Positions 12,109 to 22,610 of a stretch of DNA of 64,000 nt are shown here, in pieces; position 1 is the first letter of the stretch; each line of letters opens with the position of its first letter. Origin of the DNA: Chlorokybus atmophyticus (Eukaryota; Plantae; Mesostigma and Chlorokybus algae). The stretch lies in the NCBI GenBank assembly GCA_009103225.1, contig RHPI01003389.1, forward strand, positions 725,162 through 789,161. The letters run 5' to 3'. A program made the position numbers and the translations under genes. Under the pieces are notes generated by a model, which did not search any database, was not told where the DNA came from, and saw only the letters and a program-made list of their open reading frames with translations.

Positions 12109-15100
12109 TCTCATTTAATCACTTGAGACTCATTTGTCAATTTGCGTAAAATGTTTGTTTCTCAGGCATTACCTTAACGTCGTGCTTAATATGGCAGGAT
12201 CGCGATGCCAGCGTGTGGAGTGCGCAATTTACGTGAGGGCGTCGATTATATGAAGAGTACACTGTGTCTGCTTATGCGAAAGTAGAGGCGCAACATTTCG
12301 CGTGGGTACGAACCCATCAGAAGCAACTGCGCGCTAATCTATACAAAGGCATGTTATTGAGGGATAAGCTATAACAAATAATGACGACACAACTACTCAT
12401 GAGCGTTACATAAGCCATAAATGTACTGTCAGGTGTGCGTGATGCGGTAGCCGCAGACGACGGTTTGCAAGGACAAGATATGGGACGCCGGATTGTGTTA
12501 CCATCAACATCTATTGGTACACCGCGACACATGACACAGTTGTATCAGGATGCCATGGCAATCGTAAGAAAGCTTGGAGTGCCAGATGTGTTCATTACGT
12601 TCACGTGCAACCCGAAGTGGACGGAGATACAAGAAGCATTGTTAGAAGGGCAGACGGCCAACGATCGACCTGATATTGTGGCACGCGTGTTTCATATGAA
12701 GCTGGCAGAAATGCGAGACGACCTGGTGATACATTCGCGTTTGGGCAAGGTCGCTGGTATCATCTATACTATTGAGTGGCAAAAAAGGTGAGTGGGTTGA
12801 ACAGTAAATTGATTACGAATTGAACACTTACGTATATATAATGAATAATGCAATACTTACTATATGGTCACGTGCAGGGGGCTGCCGCATGCACACATTC
12901 TTATCGTGTTGGCCGCAAGAGATAAACCCAAAACAACGGATGATTACGACAACATCGTGTGCGCAGAGCTGCCCGACGCAAAAGATGAGCCAGAGCTGTA
13001 TAACATCGTCACCAACTTAATGGTGCACGGCCCTTGCGGTGTGCGAAATCCGAAAAGCCCCTGCATGGATCAAGAGAAGAAGATCTGCACGAAAAAGTAC
13101 CCAAAGCAGTTTCAAGCCATTACGACAGACAGCACCGGATCATACCCTGTGTACCGGCGACGCGAAGACGGCCGCACCTTCGTCAAGAGAGTGGGCGGAA
13201 ACGAAGTAGTGCTGACGAACATCGATGTAGTACCGTACAACAAGTTCCTGACGCTCAAGTATAACGCCCACATCAACGTCGAGATCTGTTCTTCTGTGTC
13301 CTCCGTCAAGTACCTGTACAAGTACGTATATAAGGGACATGATCGCGCTATGGTGGATGTTGTACCCGCCTCGGACGCTGACACTGAGGTGCAGCCGCTC
13401 ATTGACGAGATCAAGCGACATTTAGACGGCCGTTATGTGTCTTCAAGCACAGCTTGCTGGCGCATAAACTGCTTTGAGATCCATCGTGAGCTTCCAAATG
13501 TTGAGCGGCTGGCCGTGCACTTGCCAGATCAGCAGACTGTGTATTACGACGAGGACACGCCACTCGCGGACGTGGTTGAAAGAGGTGCGCCGACCACGCT
13601 CACACAATGGTTTGAGCTCAATCGGAAGGCCGAAGCTCAATGGAGGACGGAGTTGGCAACCGCTCCTGCTGCCGAAAAGCCCATCGCGCTATCCACGTTG
13701 TATCAAGACGTCCCATCCATTGCGCGATGGTACAAAAAGGAATGGACTTTACGCAGGAAGAATCGGCGGTTTCTTGCTATTGGACGCATGTATTACGTTG
13801 CTCCCAAAGACGGCGAGAAGTTTTATCTGCGTATGCTTTTACATAACGTACCAGGGGCTACCAGTTTTGCGCGCTTGCGCACGACATACGAAGGGACGGA
13901 GGAGCGCGTACACGATACGTTCAAAGACGCTTGCGTAGCGCGGGGATTGCTGCAAGAAGACAACGAATGGGAGCTGGCAATCGGCGAAGCTGCCGTTGTA
14001 AGCACACATTACAATAAGCCAACTCTTTTACGCATATTGATAGCCTGATAAGCGTATCGTATCGCAGTCGGAAACAGGGCGGCAGCTTCGTGCGATGTTT
14101 GCGATAATCCTAATCTATAACGAGGTTGCGGGTCCGCTTGCGCTGTGGAACAAGTTTTTGGAGCAATTTACGGATGATTTCACATATTGCCGGCGACAGG
14201 TACATACAATATTCAATTGCAGTATTACAAAGAGCACTGGTGCACAAGCAAAGCATATATATTCTTGATGTTTACAAGTGCTACGTATGCAGTTGGACCC
14301 CACCGCAACGCTAAATCAGCGCGACATTGATGACGCATTGTATGATGTGAGAGGTCTGCTGCAACAGCATGGGAAAGGCTTAGAGGATTTTGAGCTGCCC
14401 CTACCTCAAGCTGCGCCAACAGACTTCACCTCACCGTTGGTTGAAGAGGAGCTGAATGCATATGATCAGGATGCGATGAGGCAGCGGGTGCAGGTTAATG
14501 TACCATAGCTGAATGCACAACAGCGCGCAGCTTACGACACCGTTGTTTAAGCAATTGAAAGACCTCGATCGGATTCGGATGCAACCTTCTTTATTGACGG
14601 TCTTGGGGGTGCTGGCAAGACGTTCCTCTACAACACCCTGCTTGCCTATGTTCGGAGCGGACAACGTGTTGCAATTGCTGTTGCGTCGTCCGGCATTGCG
14701 GCATTGCTACTGGAAGGTAATTCAGGCAATGTGGCAACATTGTAATAGGAACAAGATATATAATTTGAGCTTCATCAGGCTCATGGCTGTTATGGTTGTG
14801 CAGGTGGAAAGACAGCTCATTCCAGATTCAAAATCCCCATCGCTGGGCTGTGTGCAACCTCAACTTGCAACATCTCAAGAGGCAGCTCTTTGGCAAAGCT
14901 GATGATTGCCACGAAGCTGATTGTCTGGGATGAAGCTCCGATGATGAACAAGCTCTGCTTTGAGGCAGTTGATAGGACATTGCGCGATATCATGAGCATG
15001 GTGTATCCGGGAGCAAAAAATCTGCTATTTGGGGGCAAAGTGGTTGTGTTGGGAGGCGACTTCCGACAAATCTTACCAGTTGTGCCACGTGGAACACGTT

Positions 15101-16169
15101 CGGAAATCGTGCACGCCAGTTTGAAGTACTCCACAATGTGGAGCCAGATTAAAGTGATGAAGCTTCACATCAACATGCGTGTGCAGACGCTACAAGCTGC
15201 AGGAGAATCTGGGGTAGAGCAGCAAGCTTTCAGCGATTTTTTGCAGCGCATCGGCGACGGTCGTGAGCAAGTGTTTTCTGACATAGGGGAAGAGATGGTG
15301 CGCCTGGATGCCGATCTGTGCTGTGAAGCTGGCAATCTTGAAGGCTTAATTGAAGACATGTACGGTGAGCTGCGCAACCAGCCCACACCAGAAGCTCTGG
15401 CCAAATACGTCATCAACCGTGCAATCCTCACCCCAAAAAATGTAACCGTTGACGAGATCAACGTGGTAATGATGGCGCGTTTCAGCGATGGTACGTATCA
15501 ATGAGCATCACTAACATATATCTGCATTCAATGTGAACATCACGAATATACTTCAAGCGTGCTACTGACACGTGACAATACATATATGCAGATGAGGAGA
15601 GAGTATACCGCAGTGCTGATTCTGTGCCACCAGAGGAGCAAGTAAACCATTACCCCATTGAGTATCTTAACAGAATCATGGTGTCTGGCTTACCTCCACA
15701 TGAACTCCGTCTCAAGATTGGCAGCCCGGTCATGTTGCTGCGAAATTTGAGTGATGGGCTGGCAAATGGGACACGTCTCATTTGCAAAGGCCTCATGCAG
15801 CATGTGATTGATGCGGAAGTTGCTACGGGTCCAGCCAAAGGCAGAAGAGTGTTCATTCCCCGCCTGATGATCACGCCCTCCAATGTCGAGGGTATGCCTT
15901 TTACGCTGAGGCGTAGACAATTCCCGATACGCGCAGCTTTCGCCATGACAATCAACAAGTCTCAAGGCCAAACCTTACGCAAGGTGGGAGTCTACCTGCC
16001 TGAGCCTGTATTCACACATGGGCAACTGTACGTGGCGTTGTCGCGCGTTGGTGGCAGAGCGGGAGTGCGTGTACTGGCCACCAGTAATGTGCAACAAAAG
16101 AGAGGCGAACCCGCAGTGGTGTACACAAAGAACGTTGTGTACACAGAGGTTCTGTCTCGCGATGGTTGA
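9609..16169 (+). pseudogene. Helitron RepHel (HUH endonuclease + PIF1-family helicase), ~10 introns, with in-frame stops
   Basis: Zn motif CAECHAIVWKGE..CCQKGKV; FAQLYILD; Rep motifs DVFITFTCNPKW, EWQKRGLPHAHILI and YLYKYVYKGHD; helicase motifs FIDGLGGAGKT, WDEAPM, LGGDFRQILPV, TINKSQGQTL and HGQLYVALSRV. In-frame TGA 12234, TAG 14506 and TAA 14548. GC-AG intron at 12349-12432. Confidence 0.95.
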
Positions 16170-16494
16170 GTTGGATACGTGTATAGATGTAGAAAACGAT
16201 GTAAAGATGTATTTGTCTCAATGCACATTTGTGGTACATGATGTATGCATGCAGACATCAACTACAAACCTAATTTATCAATCAAAAAAGACGTGAAACA
16301 AGGATAAAAGCCGCGTATATATAAATCATCAGCCTTGAAGGTACATTATGATTATATCGTGTATTGTTACGCTTTGTTATGCTAAATTGTCATTGACATA
16401 ACACATATATTAACATGATAATGCGCAACAATTGCTGATGCATGTCATGGACCACAAAAGGACGCATCATGCATAGCATGATATATGTCCTTTT

Positions 16495-16526
16495 ACCCGT
16501 GGTTGTGCCACGGGTCAACGCACTAG
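16495..16526 (+). mobile_element. Helitron 3' terminus: hairpin + CTAG
   Basis: acccgtgg-ttgtg-ccacgggt (16495-16515), then caacgca, CTAG (16523-16526), followed by T. Confidence 0.9.
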
Positions 16527-17052
16527 TGCATTGAAAACCTGGCACACGTTGATGGCATGTGCTCTTAACTGAAAACCCTGCAAGGGCAATGCCGTTGTGC
16601 ATAATGGTAATTGCACATACAAAATGGCTGGCATGTTTATGGCTGACGGACATTGACATGTGAAGTTATGCAGCAGTTCAGGCAGTCGTTCAGCAGGCCT
16701 ACCGTATTTACCGTAGGCCGCCTACCGATATCGGCGTGCTATGGCGTAGTGCCGATACATCTGACGGTAATGATTGCAGCGGTGGCGATCTGTATGCCGC
16801 TGCTCGACGTCGCTCCCTGGCAGCGGCATACCGTGTAGTTCAATTGGCACCGTGCATGTGACGCGCAGCGCTGGCTGGGCGCGAGAACCGGGGGCGGGCG
16901 TCCTGCCACCGACCGGCGGCCGATGGTAGGAGTCCTACCGCCGGCCGGTCCCTACCGTAGGACCGGCGGCGGATGGGTGCACGCAGCCAACTGCTGACGA
17001 ACAGCGCAGGCGGGCAGCGCTTCTGCACTGTGGGGGCTATGGTTTCGCTTCG

Positions 17053-17062
17053 TTAGGGTTTT
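17053..17062. promoter_or_regulatory. Telo-box (TTAGGGTTT) upstream of eIF5A
   Basis: Exact motif ~130 bp before the ATG. Telo-boxes are typical of plant translation-machinery genes. Confidence 0.6.
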
Positions 17063-17104
17063 ACAACCCACAAGCCGCCGCCATCGTTGTTGTGTAGAGG
17101 GGAA

Positions 17105-17136
<32 letters not shown>

Positions 17137-17194
17137 AGGAGGAGGAGGCGGAGGAACAGCAGAGGTCGGGGCAGGCGAGGCGCCTCACGCAATC

Positions 17195-18335
17195 ATGTCG
17201 GATGACGAGCATCATCATTTCGATAGTGCCGACTCTGGCGCGTCGCACAGCATTCCCCAGCAGGCCGGCACGATCCGCAAGGGTGCTTACATTGTCATCA
17301 AGGACCGCCCATGCAAGGTGGGCGTGCTGACGCTTTCATGATGCTGTGCATGCGTTTGTCATCGCTTGCGCGCTTCCACTTGACGGCTTGCGGCTTGCCG
17401 CCCTTCGGCTTGTGGCCGTCAGGGTGACCTGATCAGGATTAACATACGGCCAGGTTTTTGGCGCCCATGGGTGCCTTTGTTCATCCAAGTTGCTGCCATT
17501 GGTCGTTTGGTAGTGCCACTTGGCGCTGGCTCGTCAACGTGTGCCTGCGTGTCATGGCTGTCTGTATGTAGAAGGTGGTTTTAGGCATGATAACGACAAG
17601 TTGTGTGTGTGTGTGTGTGCGTGCACATTTTGCTGCATGACGGCTACCAAGTTTTTTCCGTCAGTCGGCTAGCGGGTCGCTCATTTGTGGATTGTTCGCA
17701 GGTGATGGAAGTCTCAACTTCTAAGACAGGAAAGCACGGGCATGCAAAATGTCACTTCGTCGCCATTGATATCTTCAACGGCAAAAAGCTCGAGGATATC
17801 GTCCCGTCCTCGCACAATTCCATGGTTCCTCACGTAAGCAGCATCCGTCCTGTCTTTTCCCCTGCTTGAGCATATTGGGCCCTGTTTTCCTGCAAATAAC
17901 CTTGACCACGCACTGTTCTGTAGGTGACGCGCACAGATTACCAGCTTATTGACATCACCAATGACGACTTCTGCAGCTTGCTCATGGAGAACGGTGACAT
18001 GAAGGAGGATCTCAAACTTCCTGAAGATAACGACCTCTCCTCCCAGATCAGGGAGGGTTTTGCTGCTAGCAAGGACTTGGTACGAACCTGTTGTGTTTGC
18101 TTAGTCATCGTGCGAGTGTTTGAGAAAGCAATGAGGTGCTGATGCTTGCATTATGGCATGCATATCGTGTAAAATTGCCTCAGTTAGCCTTCTCAGTGGG
18201 CATGTCGCTGCTTGCAGTGAGTAGTGTGCGGAATTTCAGTCACAATGTGCTACTTTCTCACAGGTCCTGACTGTGGTGTCATCCATGGGCGTTGAGCAAG
18301 TTATGGCAGTGAAGGATGTCTCCAAGCCTACTTAA
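17195..18335 (+). CDS. eIF5A: Translation factor eIF5A, 160 aa, 4 exons (17195-17317, 17702-17833, 17924-18079, 18264-18335)
   Basis: Hypusine loop [14 protein letters not shown]; N-terminus [17 protein letters not shown]; all introns are phase-0 GT-AG. Confidence 0.98.
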
Positions 18336-19648
18336 GCTGCCAATCGAGTGACGAGTGTGCTCCATTTCATGCCTGTGCTGCTGTCACAGGCATTGAGATT
18401 TTATCTCAAACTCCAAGGTTAGAGACAGGCGCGACGCCATGGTGGGTGGCTGTTACCTTCATTGTTGATTACTTACAGCAGCAGCAGCAGCAACGACAGA
18501 AACGACAGGGGCTGTTGCTGTGCGGGGCGGTTGTGCAGGTTGCTTTTTCGTGCTCGCTTGTGCAATAAGCCATGCGTGATATTGAGTTTAGATCGTTCTT
18601 TATGGTTTGGGGACGCCTACATAGTTGAGTTGTTATAATGCTGCAGATTTACTTGCATGTGCCAAGCTGGCTGCATAAGTTCATGTGATGCCTGCGGCAT
18701 GCGGTTGTACGAGTGTACGGGTGCGTGCTGTGCTTGTCACGTGCATGGCTTTGTGTATATTGAGTGCTAAGCCCCCATTCATCTCTCTCGCTCGCGCTCT
18801 CGCTCGCTCTCGCTCTTGCTCGCTCTCGCTCTTAAGACAGATGGGACACATCCACGAAAATATGTATATAGCTTGATTCTCTCTCACAAGGGTGCACACG
18901 CTCTGTTGCTTTGGCTCTGGCCCGCGGTATTACCACAGTGGTTGTGACAATGCAATGGCACGCCAATAGTGTACATGATACATGGCGTGCTGTCTTTACA
19001 TACCATCTATCTCTTGCGCCAATACTTTGCAACCAGTGACACATACCAGCGCCGTTCCTTTGTACACTGCCTCAAAAACGTGGCCAACATGTAGACAGCC
19101 AACACATGTAACAAATCGTCTACTTGTGCTCAGGTGTCTGCTAAGACCGCAGCGGCAGCAACCGCAGGATGCACCTGGTGCACAGGCCGCATGTATGGCA
19201 TAGCAGCCAATACAGCTGTGCTGCACTAGCCAACGCTAACAGACGCTGCAGATAGCGCACTACCAAAACACTAAGAGCACTGCAACTCGCGGTACACCTC
19301 CATCCACGCAAATTCACCACCCACCAGCCCGCACAATGCGCAGGCCGACCTAATATACCATGCACTGTCACTGCCTAGGGGTAGAAGCGGTCAAGCTGCC
19401 TTAGAAGTGTAGCCATGCTCGATGCAAGTGCAAGTGCTTCGCGACAGCAATTTCAACCGTTCTGTTGTTATACAAGCACATGTTCCCTGGGTGCATGCGC
19501 AGCTCTGGTTCTGGTTGAAGGTCCTGCCGGGCTTCCATTGAAAATGGGTGTACATGTGGTGGCATGACTGGCGGCCTGTGCCACAGCAATACCAGCAAGC
19601 TCTGCAATGGAAAGCACATTTTGGCCAGCCACTGAATGGTCGGCTGTG

Positions 19649-22155
19649 TCATGTCATTGTCAGACAGCGCAAAGCCATGTGCTTCGTTTGACCAGCAGAG
19701 TTGTTCTTGTAGATCCCAGGGCTGATTGCAGCTTCCAGATGAGAGACAATGTCCATCCTTCCAGCACTCTTGGCCAAATCAATTGCCTGCGCCGACATGA
19801 CGATGATGACACCGCAGCTGTTTCAATCAACACAAAACACAATGTGTGCACCTTCAGAATCGTGGCTCTGATGCGCCCTCCGCTGTTCGTAGCCATGGAG
19901 CGAATCGTTTCAATCATGCCTTGCCAAGTGGTAGGCTCTGGCAACTCAGCGCGTTCTCGCTCTCTTCGTTCTCGGTCCTCGCGATCTCGCTCCCTACGTT
20001 CTTCCCTCAACCGCTCTGCTGCTTCCTCAACGGTGCGGTCGGTATCGTCATCCTGTCAGCAATGCTTAGCGCATGCATAGTGAGTGATAAGCACGCCTCA
20101 TGATATAAACCCACCAGTGTGCAGTGGCTGCTTGTCAAATTGCACACAATGCATTTCACAGTTGAAGCTGATGGTTGGACCCATAGTGCCAGGTGAGTAA
20201 GCAAAGGCCACATGCTTGCGCCAAGATAAGCAACTTGCTTCTGACCTCATCACTGGCGTCCTCATCGTCGTCAGCTTCGCTGTCGTCCTGAGACAAGAGA
20301 GCTGCAGAAGACTTCGGCGGGTCCAAGGCTTGACATGCAACGCACTTGATTTCGACGTCGCGAGCATCGAACTCAACAACCAGTGGGCGCACCGCTGCAG
20401 GCACGTGCAGCTCGCAATAGCTTGAAGGACATGTTTCGCACATGTACAGCCTTGAAGCGCCATCCCCATCATTGGAAATGCAGTCGGTGTAACAGCACCT
20501 GCCCGCGCAAAAAGCGAAACAAGGAAACCCTCAATGCTGACCATCAACAAGCGCATTCAGGTGGAAATGTGTTTCGCGTGCTTGATGTGTGCAGCACTGC
20601 AACTAGTATAATTTGCTACTGTAGCATGCAGCTTGACTCAATCCGCTTCACATGCGCGTTACCACAACAGCAATGACTTGCTTGCCTACTTACTTGTGGC
20701 GAGGACAAAGCCAGGGCTCAGACTCAGGAGGCTCCTTGTCAACACCAAGGCAGCTCAGATGGTAGCTTTTCCAGCAAGGAGAACGCTGGCTGCCAGGAGG
20801 AGCGGCGCTTGTGCCATGATCTTGCCTGTGCGCGTAATCGCACATGACCACCTCACCTCCATCTTTGCACAATAGGCAAACGTCCTCCCAATCTGACATC
20901 TCAGCTGCACGCTTTCGGTACTCTGGCAACTGCCTATGATAACACACATGATGTCATTGCATAAGCAATGTACTTGAGTTGGTACATCAAACGTGAAAAG
21001 GCAATTGCATGTCACCTGAGATAGTGCCTATGGTACACCGCCCTGATGCGACTGATGTCACCGCTTCGGAGCTCCTCCTCATCATCCAGCACGCGTCTGG
21101 CCCGTTTGCTTGATTGCCTCAACTTGGGCGTAGCTGATTTGCTTGCAAGTGGGGCTGCTGAGGCTACCACTGTCAAGAAAGGCCCTCTCGGAAGCCCTTC
21201 ATTGAAAGCTTTCAGTTCACGCTCGAGCTTCGCCTTCAGGTTGGCATGCCAATGCTTCTTGATGGCTTGAGGATTCCTGCAACGTCAACCATTGCTTGGC
21301 AAGGTTTGAGTTTGCAACCCAACATATAGTGCAAACAACTACCGCGAGGTATCAAGCGCATGGCGTCATTCACCTGTGGGGAAGAAATGTGGCTATTTCC
21401 AGCCATCTGTTCCCACCGACTATCTCCCTGGCTTCAATAATCTTCTTGCTCTCCTCTTCCGTGAATGGGTTCCGTGACTCGGGCCTGCCAGACCCAACAC
21501 TAATAGCGCGGATTGGCGTCTTCTTCGGCCGGCCCGCTGGCATGTCTTTTGGCACTGCATGCCACTGCACTTTCTGCGCATCCGTGGTGAAAGTGTATGG
21601 CAAAGACGACACTGGCGTGCTCTGAGGCGCACATCCCGTCAATGTAGCTATCAGCGGCCTCGCCGCAGTTAGAAAAGGCACGTAGTACTCCTTGTAAAAC
21701 GCAGCTTCATCGCCAAACTGCACCTGCAATGGAGTGCAGCGTACTGCATGAACCCAATCTGTTGTTGTTTTACAACAGCTGGTGTCAAAGACAAATAAAT
21801 TCCGGCCGTAGACAGTAATAACGCAGCTGTTCTAAGCATAACCTGGCATTGATTTTCTGCATACACAAGTTACACAAAGCATGCAGCCTTACTGACCACA
21901 TTGTTCACTGCTTCAACTGTCCGACCTAGCACAAGCAATGTCGCACTGCCAACATCGCTTGCAACACAATTTGCGTCCGCCAATCGCCACGCACACGACC
22001 TGATCAACTGCGCAATGCCAACTCATACACTCACAAACTGACGAGCCTGGTTATACAGTGGATACCTGCTGCGCAAGGGCCGCAAGCAGCTGGCTCACGA
22101 CTTTCTGGTCTGCCTCGCTAAATTTGCTAACCCGCTGGCGCTTTGTACGCGCCAT
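19649..22155 (-). CDS. Nuclear protein with one Myb repeat, a PHD + C5HCH-like zinc module and a C-terminal helical domain
   Basis: Probable start MARTKRQRVSKF (22155). Myb: PFTEEESKKIIEAREIVGGNRWLEIATFLPHR|NPQAIKKHWHANLK. PHD: CLLCKDGGEVVMCDY..CWKSYHLSCL..WLCPRHK|CCYTDC..CETCPSSYCELH. Ends ..LEAAISPGIYKNNSAGQTKHMALRCLTMT*. The 5' end is uncertain. Confidence 0.75.
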
Positions 22156-22610
22156 CAACTTTTTCCCAGCTGTAATTGCAGCAGCCTCGCCTCTGCTGCT
22201 CAGCCGCACTCACAGCAGCATGCTTACACACCAACCACCAGGCCAGATCCAGGCCAGGATGCCTTGCTCCATCGGATAAATCCGCACCAGATCCGCCAGC
22301 TCTGGCAGCTACAGCTTGAATGTAGGATACAACCTTCCAGTTGTCGTCCTCCGCCGCTGCCTCCGTCGCCGCCGCCCACTCCGTCCACCGCTCTGACCCT
22401 ACTTCATCACTGCAGCTTTAAGTCCAAGTGTCAAGCTGAGCATGTGGGCGGCGGTGTAGGCGGGTGCGTGGGAAGCATGGATTGTGGGTTGGAGCAGCCG
22501 GGGCAAGCTCCCGCCTGTGGTGGTACTTGCCCTCATCCTCAACATCCTCCTTCCTGCTGCTGATGGCGTGACACGAATAGTAGGAGGGCTCAACAGGTGA
22601 AGACGACGCT

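Larger units (their letters stand above)
5513..16526 (+). mobile_element. Helitron rolling-circle transposon (3' end firm, 5' end tentative)
   Basis: Contains a RepHel gene and ends in hairpin + CTAG|T at 16495-16527. The candidate 5' end is A|TCCTACATATAAG at 5512/5513, where GC content drops. The true 5' end could lie anywhere from 5.5 to 8.7 kb. Confidence 0.75.

Noticed and set aside
14506-14550. In-frame TAG and TAA in RepHel read as Gln (UAR reassignment as in some ulvophyte algae)
   Set aside because: Host genes here terminate at TAA (eIF5A, PEX5) and TAG (HMG-box), RepHel also has an in-frame TGA, and it uses CAA/CAG freely. Simple nonsense mutation is more parsimonious.
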